Positions 6,642 to 15,220 of a stretch of DNA of 39,925 nt are shown one piece after another. The stretch lies in IMG/VR virus record IMGVR_UViG_3300034375_003668, positions 1 to 39,925 of that record; one strand, written 5' to 3'. The stretch comes from a virus. Taxonomy: Duplodnaviria > Caudoviricetes. Under the pieces are notes generated by a model, which had not been told where the DNA came from, ran no database searches, and saw nothing but the letters and a program-made list of their open reading frames with translations. Within the stretch, counting starts at the first letter, position 1, and each line of letters opens with the position of its first letter. The position numbers were made by a program, and so were the translations under genes.

Positions 6642-6865
6642 CACACGGAGGTGCGTAAAATTGTGCGTGTAAGCACCTAAAAACGTTCTTATGAGTTGAG
6701 CATTGAGCAACTCTACTTAGCGGTAGAGTGGTTGTCTTTATCCCCTTCTGTATTTTTTAATTATTATTAAGTGGATTTGGTCGTCTGCTATACAGAGGGG
6801 GGTTGGATAGCTTTAATTGTTAATAACTTTTGAACACAGGGCATGCTATTATTGAAGTATATTTA

Positions 6866-6873
6866 TATATTTG
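6866..6873 (+). promoter_or_regulatory. -7 element TATATTTG upstream of the recombination/replication block
   Basis: TAnnTTTG 33 nt before the ERF start; no well-spaced -33 element. Confidence 0.55.
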
Positions 6874-6906
6874 TAAAGCAAAATTAAACAAGTTAAATTT
6901 TATTTT

Positions 6907-7488
6907 ATGGAAGCAAACAAAAAATTCATTGGGAAACTTATGCAAGTTCAACAAGAACTTAAGGCTCCTAAAAATCAGTACAACAAATTTGGTAGGTACT
7001 CTTACAGGAATCAAGAGGATATTCTTGAAGCTGTTAAGCCACTATTAAAATCAAACGGACTAGCAATGACTATCATTGATAATGTCAAAGAGGTTTGTGG
7101 TATGCCATTTGTTGAGGCAACAGTCACAATCACAGATGGTGCCAGTGATATTACTGCAACAGCACAAGCTGGTATTGATGTAAACAGAAAGGGTATGGAT
7201 ATTGCTCAGTCATTCGGAGCTTCATCTTCTTACGCTAGAAAGTACGCACTCAATGGCTTATTCTTAATTGATGATACTAAAGATGCTGATGCTACAAACA
7301 CTCACGGAAACTCTAACAGCAGACCTAAGTCGGATAGTCCGACTGCTAAAGTAAAGATGACTCAAGAAGTTATGACAGCTATGATGGGTGCAATCAAAGA
7401 GGGCAAGGTTGATGTTGTTAAAAGTAGAATGTCATCCTACACAATGACAAAAGCACAGAGAGATAAATTAAATAAAGCGTTATCATGA
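6907..7488 (+). CDS. erf: ERF-family single-strand annealing protein
   Basis: LKAPKNQYNKFGRYSYR..EDILEAVKPLL and the ERF signature AQSFGASSSYARKYALNGLFLIDDTKDAD. Confidence 0.92.
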   Translation: MEANKKFIGKLMQVQQELKAPKNQYNKFGRYSYRNQEDILEAVKPLLKSNGLAMTIIDNVKEVCGMPFVEATVTITDGASDITATAQAGIDVNRKGMDIAQSFGASSSYARKYALNGLFLIDDTKDADATNTHGNSNSRPKSDSPTAKVKMTQEVMTAMMGAIKEGKVDVVKSRMSSYTMTKAQRDKLNKALS

Positions 7489-7745
7489 AATATATAAGTG
7501 AATTACCAAAGATACTTCGTTATCACGGAGTTAGGAAGACAGCAAAAGCTAAACAGATAGGCATTGCTCACCAAACATTTAGTCAAAAGATACTTGAACC
7601 AAACAGGTTTACTGTACAAGAAATTATTGACCTATGTCAAAGCACTCCAGAAATAAATCTTAAACCTCAAGAGATGTTTGAGTTTATAGTTGATGAGATT
7701 AACACATTAAAAAAGCTAGAGAAAAGTGGAGTTAGTAAAGTTTAA
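7485..7745 (+). CDS. putative Cro/XRE-like helix-turn-helix protein
   Basis: KTAKAKQIGIAHQTFSQKI..P.RFTVQEI pattern. Confidence 0.6.
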   Translation: MKYISELPKILRYHGVRKTAKAKQIGIAHQTFSQKILEPNRFTVQEIIDLCQSTPEINLKPQEMFEFIVDEINTLKKLEKSGVSKV

Positions 7746-8469
7746 GACAGACGAAGAGTATTATGCTGATAGAGAGTATGTTACAAACTCTCAACTAGGA
7801 TACCTCAACAGGTCACCTCAACATCTTCAGATGTATTATGATGGAAATGGAGACAGCTCCTCAGCTTTAGAGGTTGGTAAGTTAGTTCATCAATACATAC
7901 TAGAGCCAGAAAAGATTTCTGAAAACGACATAGTTTGTTTTGAAGGAAGGAAGTATGGCAAGAAGTGGGATGAGTTTAAATCTAAAAACTCAGACAAGAC
8001 AATACTGTCTATGAGAGATTTTGAATCTATCAAGGGTGTGGTTGGCAGCTTCTTTAAGAACGATGATGCTGTTGAACTTATTGCAGATGGCTTGAAAGAG
8101 GTAACTAACTGCTGGGTAGATGGTGACACCTTCGTGAAATGCAAGGGTAAGGCTGACGTTTTAAATCCTAATGGGATAATAGATATTAAAACAACAGCCA
8201 ACATTGACCCTCACTCATTCAGGAACTCATGCTACAAGTATGGTTACAACAGACAGGCTGCATTCTACTGCGATGGTTTTGGTGTTGAGAACTTTACATT
8301 TATTTGTGTAGAGAAAGAAGCCCCATACAGAGTGGCTGTTTACGAGTGTTCTCCAGAGTTCATTGAATCAGGTAGGCAAGAGTATAAAAGACTGCTACAA
8401 ATGTACTTTGAATACTTCGTTGAGCAATCTAATGATGTAGAAGACTACTACATACAGGGCGTTCTGTAA
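7726..8469 (+). CDS. RecE/exonuclease VIII-like PD-(D/E)XK exonuclease (DUF3799-like)
   Basis: EYYA..YVTNSQL, G.LVH..ILEP, CKGKADVL...IIDIKT, YGYNRQAAFY, F.FICVEKEAPY; located near ERF. Confidence 0.88.
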   Translation: MELVKFKTDEEYYADREYVTNSQLGYLNRSPQHLQMYYDGNGDSSSALEVGKLVHQYILEPEKISENDIVCFEGRKYGKKWDEFKSKNSDKTILSMRDFESIKGVVGSFFKNDDAVELIADGLKEVTNCWVDGDTFVKCKGKADVLNPNGIIDIKTTANIDPHSFRNSCYKYGYNRQAAFYCDGFGVENFTFICVEKEAPYRVAVYECSPEFIESGRQEYKRLLQMYFEYFVEQSNDVEDYYIQGVL

Positions 8470-8550
8470 TGTTAACCGCATTAATCATTGGTATTTTTAT
8501 AGGGATGTTTATAAGACAATCCTGGGTAGATAATTTTAAATGTAAACAAG

Positions 8551-9042
8551 ATGAGAAATAGAGATGAGCACGACACTTACGTCAATAATATAGATAACCT
8601 TAACTTTATATTAGATGAGGTATCTAAGACTTTAGGTGTTCCAAAGGAGCATATGGTTTCAAGGAAGAGAAAGTCTTTTATAGTTGATGCCAGGTGTATA
8701 TACACAGCTATAGCTAGGGAGTCAACAAACGAGAGCCTCGAGTCTATTGGAAGCATGATTAATAGAGACCATAGTATGTCTATACATTATTTAAAGAAGC
8801 ATGATGCTTATGTCTCTACAGACTTAAACTATAGACAGAAGTATAATGACTGCTGTTATGTTGGAAAGTCTTTAGCTGAACCAGAGTTCGGTCACCGCTC
8901 CATAGTTGACAGGCTTATGATTAGAAACTCTATTCTTTCTGAGAAGTTTAGATACGAAAAGAGCGAGAAAGAAAAAGCTCAGCATCAAGTTCTTAGAATG
9001 AAACAGTTTTTAAAGAGTAGTAAAAATTACTTTGAATGCTAG
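8551..9042 (+). CDS. protein with a DnaA C-terminal (domain IV) HTH and a coiled coil
   Basis: SRKRK..IVDAR...SLESIGSMINRDHSMSIH resembles DnaA domain IV (SL..IG..F..RDHTTV.H). Confidence 0.75.
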   Translation: MRNRDEHDTYVNNIDNLNFILDEVSKTLGVPKEHMVSRKRKSFIVDARCIYTAIARESTNESLESIGSMINRDHSMSIHYLKKHDAYVSTDLNYRQKYNDCCYVGKSLAEPEFGHRSIVDRLMIRNSILSEKFRYEKSEKEKAQHQVLRMKQFLKSSKNYFEC

Positions 9043-9368
9043 AGAACAAGAAGAAATACTTCATCAATCTCAAGCATCATGGTAAAGCGATAGTCCACCT
9101 AAGAAGAAGTAAAAAGATAACAAGGACAGACTTAGATGTTGTTCTATGGTGTTATCACTACGGAGTCTTCAGTGTTCAGAAGTTTAACAAAGAGTTTGAC
9201 AAGGGAATAAATAGAAGCAGACAACACATATCGCAGCTAATAGAAAAAAGATTAATAAAAAGAAAGCAAGGGTACAAGTTAAACAATGGTGCGTTCCCTT
9301 ACTATCTTACACCAAAGGGCTTAGTAGTTGCCCGTGAATACTACAGAGTTTTAAAAGGATTACAGTAA
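9036..9368 (+). CDS. winged-helix (MarR-like) DNA-binding protein
   Basis: ISQLIEKRLIKR...YYLTPKG wing motif. Confidence 0.65.
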   Translation: MLENKKKYFINLKHHGKAIVHLRRSKKITRTDLDVVLWCYHYGVFSVQKFNKEFDKGINRSRQHISQLIEKRLIKRKQGYKLNNGAFPYYLTPKGLVVAREYYRVLKGLQ

Positions 9369-9391
9369 TCAATTAATTAATTATTTTTATT

Positions 9392-9673
9392 ATGAGTTCA
9401 ATCATTAATGTGTCTATTAACTTAGACAAAATCGACAAATCAAAAATCATTGCAGGTAAGAAAGGTAAGTATCTAAACCTTACCGTGGGTGCAAACAGAA
9501 ATGGCGAAGACCAGTTTGGTAACACTCACTATGTTGCAATCTCTCAGACAAAAGAAGAGAGAGAAGCTAAATCTCCAAAGGTTTACTTAGGTAACGGGAA
9601 GGAGTTTGTTTTTAGTGATGGTCCTGCTCCAGCTCCAGCAAACGCTGGTAATGATGGAGACCTACCATTCTAA
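9392..9673 (+). CDS. ssb: single-stranded DNA-binding protein (Bacteroidota-phage type)
   Basis: SINLDKIDK...GKYLNL...DQFGN...YLGNGK, with an acidic C-terminal DGDLPF tail. Confidence 0.75.
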   Translation: MSSIINVSINLDKIDKSKIIAGKKGKYLNLTVGANRNGEDQFGNTHYVAISQTKEEREAKSPKVYLGNGKEFVFSDGPAPAPANAGNDGDLPF

Positions 9674-9697
9674 GTTTTTCATAGTTTTTAGTTAGTT

Positions 9698-9732
9698 AGA
9701 GGGTGGTGTTGTAATGACACCCCCTCTTTTTT
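9698..9732 (+). terminator. intrinsic terminator after ssb
   Basis: AGAGGG(T)GGTGTTG-TAA-TGACACCCCCTCT hairpin followed by a T-run. Confidence 0.7.
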
Positions 9733-9745
9733 AAAATCAAATTAC

Positions 9746-10420
9746 ATGAGTTTAGTACAACCTTATTTTGCTCACGACATAAACGCAGTCAATGACTTCA
9801 AGATTCAAACAATGATGTATGAATTTGGAGTGTCTGGATACGGTATGTTCTGGGTTATATGTGAAGCTCTAGCCTCTCAGAAGAGTTGTTCTCTACCACT
9901 AAAAGAATCATATGTAAGAGCTCTTTCATCCAAGGCTATGGTTGATGTTGAGCAAATGAATCACTTCATCAAATCTTGCTGCGAGGAGTATGAGCTTTTT
10001 GTTACTGATGGTGAATCCATATGGTCTGAAAGTTTATCCAAGAGGATGGAGAAGAGTAGAAGCAATGTTGACAGAGCTAAGAGAGCGGCAAAGGCTAGAT
10101 GGTCTAAGCCTAAATCAAAACCTAAGTCGGACAGTCCGACTAAAAAATCAACCAATAAAATAAAAGCTGTATCTATTGAAGATAGGAAGCTTACGTTTGG
10201 AGAATCACTTAGTCCTTTTGTAGAAGAGTTCGGTAGAGATATGGTTAAAAACTTCTATGAATACTGGACTGAGCATGGAGACAATGACACTAAGATGAGA
10301 TTTGAAAAGCAAAAGACTTGGAGCACTAAGTCCAGGCTTAACAGATGGAGGTCTAACAATTTTGGCGGAAACAAAAAGGAATCAGTAAGCACTAATAATA
10401 TATTTAACTTTGGCAACTAG
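9746..10420 (+). CDS. replication initiator / replisome organizer (DUF4373/Lin1244-like N-terminus)
   Basis: YFAHD.NA.ND.KI..M..EFG.SGYG.FW...E.L; KRAAKARW; C-terminal FYEYWTE...MRFEKQKTW; immediately upstream of the helicase. Confidence 0.8.
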   Translation: MSLVQPYFAHDINAVNDFKIQTMMYEFGVSGYGMFWVICEALASQKSCSLPLKESYVRALSSKAMVDVEQMNHFIKSCCEEYELFVTDGESIWSESLSKRMEKSRSNVDRAKRAAKARWSKPKSKPKSDSPTKKSTNKIKAVSIEDRKLTFGESLSPFVEEFGRDMVKNFYEYWTEHGDNDTKMRFEKQKTWSTKSRLNRWRSNNFGGNKKESVSTNNIFNFGN

Positions 10421-11366
10421 AAACATATTTAAGAAACCATCGACATTCTTTGATGACATAGATAATCTAAGAGAGTACGGTGAGGAGAAGGGTGTGTATC
10501 ACGGCTTCCAAAGCCTAGATGATTACATATCTTTCAAGGAGGGGTGCACAACAATAATATATGGAGCACCTTATTCTGGAAAGTCTCAGTTCACTTTTGA
10601 GGTTCTTGTAAACCTATCAGAATACTACGGACAGAAGCACGCTATATACAGCCCAGAGACTGGTAGTAAAGAAAGGATTGCAGCAGAGGTGATGGCTGTG
10701 TTCTGTAGGAAGAGAAACATATTTAATGACTCTGAGTATTCTATAAATGAAAGGATGTTTGAGAATGCTAAAGACTTCTTAGACAAGCACTTCTTTATAG
10801 CTGAAGACTACGAGGGTATCACTGTAGAAGACTTCTTTAGCAGCATTGAATCTATAGAGTCAGAGTATAACATAAAGATAAACAACAGTGTCATAGACCA
10901 TATGGGTCTTTTGAATCAGGACTTAATTAGTTTTGGGGGTAGGGAGGACAAGTGGATTTCACACGCACTAAAAGTTGTTAACAATGATGCGTTGAAAAAT
11001 AACAGACACAACATAGTTGTAGCGCACGTCATATCACAAAAACCTATAATAACAAATGGTGTATCCTGGTTTCCGCCAGCACACCCGAGGGAGATAGCTG
11101 GGGGTCAGAATTATTTTAGATTAGGTCAACAGATAATTTTAGTTTACAGACCTCCAGCCAATCTACCTGATGAGACAGGTGTTCCCTACGAGGAGAATGC
11201 TGTTATAATATCCGTCAGAAAATCAAAGCCTAAGGGTATTGGTAAGCTTGGTCAAGTAAAAATATTCTATGACTGGAAGACAAATAGGTATTACGAGATT
11301 GACTCAATTACGCAGGATATATCTTACGCTAAATCAAAAGAAGTTGAACAGAAAAAACTATTTTAA
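10410..11366 (+). CDS. DnaB-like (SF4) replicative helicase
   Basis: Walker A GAPYSGKS, YSPE, VIDH (Walker B), VVAH, and K.KPK.IGKLG. Confidence 0.85.
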   Translation: MATRNIFKKPSTFFDDIDNLREYGEEKGVYHGFQSLDDYISFKEGCTTIIYGAPYSGKSQFTFEVLVNLSEYYGQKHAIYSPETGSKERIAAEVMAVFCRKRNIFNDSEYSINERMFENAKDFLDKHFFIAEDYEGITVEDFFSSIESIESEYNIKINNSVIDHMGLLNQDLISFGGREDKWISHALKVVNNDALKNNRHNIVVAHVISQKPIITNGVSWFPPAHPREIAGGQNYFRLGQQIILVYRPPANLPDETGVPYEENAVIISVRKSKPKGIGKLGQVKIFYDWKTNRYYEIDSITQDISYAKSKEVEQKKLF

Positions 11367-11368
11367 TT

Positions 11369-11674
11369 ATGAATATTATGTTTGAAAAGGTTGTATGTTA
11401 CGGACATTTATTATCTTTGAGGGTAGATGTTGAGGATAAACTGGAGCAAACCAGGGAGAACATCAGCGAAGAAAGAGTGCAAACACTAGAGAAAACAATA
11501 GATAGTTTAAATCATATCATGTACGTGATGGACCAGCTATTTCATAGAGCAGAGATGGTTAATATAGAGTCATCTAAAACGCACAGAGCCAGTCTTGAGT
11601 TGACTGTTGAGAACAGCAGACTCAAGGGTGAGAATGATTTAATGAGAGAACAAATAAGAGAGTGGATGTTATGA
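11369..11674 (+). CDS. hypothetical coiled-coil protein
   Basis: ORF track. Confidence 0.75.
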   Translation: MNIMFEKVVCYGHLLSLRVDVEDKLEQTRENISEERVQTLEKTIDSLNHIMYVMDQLFHRAEMVNIESSKTHRASLELTVENSRLKGENDLMREQIREWML

Positions 11675-11865
11675 GTGAATACAAAAAACTAACAAAGGAA
11701 AGATTAAAGTACATCGTAAAGGGTGCTGTGTCAAACTGCGAGGAGTCTAAGCAAAGCTACGCAAAAGAGATAGCTATAGCTTACTCATCTTACTGCGTTG
11801 GCTGCACAAAGAATCTCATGTTACCCATGGGTTACGATGATTGGTTAAGTAAATACAATAAATAA
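11662..11865 (+). CDS. hypothetical protein
   Basis: ORF track (ATG at 11671 is an alternative start). Confidence 0.7.
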   Translation: MDVMSEYKKLTKERLKYIVKGAVSNCEESKQSYAKEIAIAYSSYCVGCTKNLMLPMGYDDWLSKYNK

Positions 11866-11873
11866 TTTTAGAT

Positions 11874-12128
11874 ATGAAGAAAGGTAATTTAAAAACACAG
11901 ACAGTTGAGATTTTAAAAACAGTAACCAAGCACATAGAGGGTGGTTCGTATGACTACGACTCACAAGACATGAGGGCTTTGTTTTCAGAAGCTTTGGCTT
12001 ACTATGACTTATATTTGTTAAAGAAAAACAATAGAAGAATAGCCGCTCAGAAGCTTGAGTCTATGCTTGTCCCTAGTTGGGAAGAGGGATTAAGAGCTGA
12101 GATTAGAGAATACTTTGACGAGCACTAA
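11874..12128 (+). CDS. hypothetical protein
   Basis: ORF track. Confidence 0.75.
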   Translation: MKKGNLKTQTVEILKTVTKHIEGGSYDYDSQDMRALFSEALAYYDLYLLKKNNRRIAAQKLESMLVPSWEEGLRAEIREYFDEH

Positions 12129-12634
12129 TGGCTAACTATGACTTCAATAAAGACCTTCTTCTTGGTGAAGAGGGGGAGAAGATTATTGCCCTGTATCTTA
12201 TGCTTGGTCACAACATGAAGTTCATTGGTTATAACGATGACAACAGGTTTGATATATTAATGAGTAAGAGAGACACTGACGAAAAGAAAACTTTTGAGGT
12301 TAAGACTGATTACTACGTTAAAGAGGGTAATGATACGGGCAACATAGCTGTAGAGATTAGACACAACAATAAGCCTAGCGGTATTTCTGTTACTAAAGCG
12401 GATGTGTTTATATATTATTTTCGTAACTTGCCCGAAGATAATATGTGGGTGATTAAAACATCCGAGCTAAAAAGTTTAATCAAAGATAACATTTCGGAAA
12501 TGAGAGTGGTGATGGGAGGTGACTCAAACACAACCCAAATAGTCTTGATTCCGAAGCACAAGTTTAAGTCTAGCTTTTATATTGATGAGGTTAAAATTCA
12601 AGAGGAAGAAAGGAAAGAAGAATACCAACGCTAA
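12128..12634 (+). CDS. PD-(D/E)XK restriction-endonuclease-fold protein
   Basis: F..DL..G..GE, FDI...FEVKTD, TGNIAVE, PSGISVTKAD. Confidence 0.75.
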   Translation: MANYDFNKDLLLGEEGEKIIALYLMLGHNMKFIGYNDDNRFDILMSKRDTDEKKTFEVKTDYYVKEGNDTGNIAVEIRHNNKPSGISVTKADVFIYYFRNLPEDNMWVIKTSELKSLIKDNISEMRVVMGGDSNTTQIVLIPKHKFKSSFYIDEVKIQEEERKEEYQR

Positions 12635-13043
12635 GGTAACAACAATTGATGGTATCAAGTTCGCATCTGGACTTGAGGCTTACTGCTACCAGCAATTGAA
12701 GAAAGCAAAAGTAAAAGCAGACTACGAGGGTAGGAAGTTCGAGCTGATAGAAAAGTTTAATTATCCTGGAGACGTTTATGATAAAGGTAGAGAAAGGGGT
12801 GTCAAGGTTTACAAGAAAAAGACTGGTAACGTTAGGAATATATCCTACACTCCAGACTTCATATCTGAAGAGCACAGATTTATTATCGAAACAAAAGGTC
12901 TAAGGACACCAGAGTTTAACATGAGGTTTAAATTATTTTTTAAAAAGCTTGTTGATGATGGCAACATATACGACATATACATTCCATCTAACAGAAAAGA
13001 GGTGGACAAAACTATTGAACTAATCAAATCAAAAATAAAATGA
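12582..13043 (+). CDS. endonuclease / Holliday-junction resolvase-like protein (T7 endonuclease I / DUF1064-like)
   Basis: IDGIKFASGLE...YTPDF...IIETKG. Confidence 0.8.
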   Translation: MMRLKFKRKKGKKNTNAKVTTIDGIKFASGLEAYCYQQLKKAKVKADYEGRKFELIEKFNYPGDVYDKGRERGVKVYKKKTGNVRNISYTPDFISEEHRFIIETKGLRTPEFNMRFKLFFKKLVDDGNIYDIYIPSNRKEVDKTIELIKSKIK

Positions 13044-14314
13044 ACACCAGCGATTACAACTCTGTAATACTTAAGCTGTGGAATGAGGGGTTGAATTACA
13101 CCGAGATAGCGGAAAGGCTTATTGAAATGCACGGTCTAAAAGAATCTCAAAGAAGAAACTTAAGAAGACACGCATCTAAAATTATTAAAGAGGCAACAGA
13201 GAAAAACTCTTACAGATGGGATGAGGCAGACTCTAATGCTTCTGTAGAATACACAACTACCGCAAGGATAGAGACCCTTGAGGATGCTATTGCTTTTTCT
13301 AAAGTAGATACGAATCTTTGGGAGGTAGAAAGATGGACCTTTAATAAGTGGGAGACTACTGTTGAAGGTAACCCAACACCGCTAATACAGGTTAAGGTTT
13401 GGTTTAAGAAAAAGAAAGAGGATGAGGTAACCATTGAGGATATTAGAAAGGATATTATAGAAGAGGTTAAGTCATACGCTCCTAAGTTTAAAACTATCAA
13501 CTACAACTTTAATAGTAAGGATAGAAATCTACTTGAGATAAACCTCTTTGATGTTCACTTTGGCAAGCTTGCTTGGCACGAAGAGTCTTCAGACAACTAC
13601 GACCTTAAGATTGCTTCTGATAGAGTATACGAAGCTGTAGAAGGATTGTTACAAAAGTCTAAAGGTTTTCCTATAGAAAGAATATTACTACCAACTGGCA
13701 ACGATTTATTTAACTCCGATAAGGATTATCCATTTTCTAGCACAACCGCTGGCACACCTCAACATGAGGATGCTAGGTGGCAGAAAACTTTTAGGACTGT
13801 TCGTAAGGTCATATCTGATGTTATACTTAGCTTATCAGAGATAGCACCTGTGGATGTTCCTATTATACCAGGTAACCATGATAAAACAAAGTGTTTCTTT
13901 TTAGGAGACTCTTTGGAGGGTTGGTTCCACAACAACCCTCAGGTTACCGTGGATAATTCACCTAAGACTAGGAAGTATTATATGTACGGTCAAAACCTAA
14001 TAGGTCTTTGTCACGGAGATAAAGAGAAGCTTGTGGAGCTACCACTGATTATGGCTCAAGAAGTTCCTGAGATGTGGGCTAACACAATACATAGAGAGTT
14101 TCACCTAGGTCACTTCCATCATAAGAGAGATATGAAGTGGATGTCAACTCAAGAGTTTAAGGGAGTAGTAGTAAGATTGCTACGCTCATTATCTGGTAAT
14201 GACGCTTGGCATTTCGAGAAGGGTTATATTGGAGGAGTGCCCAGTGCAGAGGGATTCATATGGAATAATAATAAAGGTATGGTAGCCAACCTAATTCACG
14301 CAACAAATGTCTAG
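13040..14314 (+). CDS. calcineurin-like metallophosphoesterase with an N-terminal HTH-like extension
   Basis: Metal-binding motifs DVHFG, GNDLFN, GNHD, HGD and GHFHH. Confidence 0.85.
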   Translation: MNTSDYNSVILKLWNEGLNYTEIAERLIEMHGLKESQRRNLRRHASKIIKEATEKNSYRWDEADSNASVEYTTTARIETLEDAIAFSKVDTNLWEVERWTFNKWETTVEGNPTPLIQVKVWFKKKKEDEVTIEDIRKDIIEEVKSYAPKFKTINYNFNSKDRNLLEINLFDVHFGKLAWHEESSDNYDLKIASDRVYEAVEGLLQKSKGFPIERILLPTGNDLFNSDKDYPFSSTTAGTPQHEDARWQKTFRTVRKVISDVILSLSEIAPVDVPIIPGNHDKTKCFFLGDSLEGWFHNNPQVTVDNSPKTRKYYMYGQNLIGLCHGDKEKLVELPLIMAQEVPEMWANTIHREFHLGHFHHKRDMKWMSTQEFKGVVVRLLRSLSGNDAWHFEKGYIGGVPSAEGFIWNNNKGMVANLIHATNV

Positions 14315-14969
14315 ACCAAACAAATCAAAGACACCACCTAAAACATCGGTTAGGTTTTCAATCACGCTATCCGAAGAGCAGAAGAATGCAAAGGCAGAGA
14401 TTCTTAAACACCCCTTCAACTTCGTGGTTGGTAGAGCTGGTAGTGGTAAAACACTTCTAGCCGTTCAGGTTGCACTAGACCAATTCTTTAAACGTCAATA
14501 CAATAAGATTATTATAACTAGACCTACCGTATCCACAGAGGACAACGGATTTCTGCCTGGTTCTGAAAAAGAAAAGATGGAGCCATGGCTGGTTCCAATC
14601 AAGTCAAACATGCGAAAGGTTTACAACAAACCAGAGAAGCTTGAGAAGATGGAGCAAGACGAAGAGATAGAGCTTGTGTCTCTCGCTCATTTTAGAGGGC
14701 GTACGTTTGACAACTCTATAGTTATAGTAGATGAGTTCCAGAACCTAACTAAGTCGCAGCTAAGAATGGCTCTTGGTAGATTAGGTAAAGATTCAATGAT
14801 GATATTCTGCGGTGACCTACAGCAGATAGATTTGAAGGACTCTAACTACTCAGCTATACATGAGATAGCGAAGATAAAAGATTCTGGTTATGTCTACAAA
14901 ACTGTGCTGACAGACAACCATAGACACGAATCAATTGAAGAAATATTAAAGCTACTAACAGGGTATTAA
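14307..14969 (+). CDS. phoH: PhoH-family ATPase
   Basis: GRAGSGKT, IIITRP, GFLPG, RGRTF, IVDEFQN, GDLQQID. Confidence 0.93.
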   Translation: MSRPNKSKTPPKTSVRFSITLSEEQKNAKAEILKHPFNFVVGRAGSGKTLLAVQVALDQFFKRQYNKIIITRPTVSTEDNGFLPGSEKEKMEPWLVPIKSNMRKVYNKPEKLEKMEQDEEIELVSLAHFRGRTFDNSIVIVDEFQNLTKSQLRMALGRLGKDSMMIFCGDLQQIDLKDSNYSAIHEIAKIKDSGYVYKTVLTDNHRHESIEEILKLLTGY

Positions 14970-15027
14970 TGAAAAAGAAAACAACCACATCAAATATAGT
15001 TGTTATTTGGTGCTAAATTAAATTGAT

Positions 15028-15219
15028 ATGGCAAAGTTTAAATGCGCATGCGGTGATATAAGAACCGTAAGAAATACAACCATAAAGATTGTTAATGGAA
15101 ACATAGTTACACCAGAGTCTTACTGTGAAAAGTGTAAGCAGTACGGTGAGTACATAAAGGAACACACTGGCTTTGGTGGTATAATAAAAAGAAAGGGAGG
15201 GAAGGTAGGTAAGCTGTAG
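15028..15219 (+). CDS. small Zn-ribbon-like protein
   Basis: CxC...CxxC; last gene of the rightward block. Confidence 0.65.
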   Translation: MAKFKCACGDIRTVRNTTIKIVNGNIVTPESYCEKCKQYGEYIKEHTGFGGIIKRKGGKVGKL

Positions 15220-15220
15220 A

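Larger units (their letters stand above)
1003..10140. repeat. dispersed palindrome family GTCGGA-N3/4-TCCGAC (11 copies)
   Basis: Copies at 1003-1018 (variant), 1445-1459, 1945-1959, 2207-2221, 2630-2644, 3033-3048 (N4), 3557-3571, 3951-3965, 4993-5007, 7329-7343, 10126-10140. Confidence 0.95.

Noticed and set aside
1003-10140. Palindrome family as a CRISPR array, integron attC sites or terminators
   Set aside because: Spacing is hundreds to thousands of bp and several copies are intragenic; there is no cas or integrase gene in the window, no attC core pattern and no U-tails.
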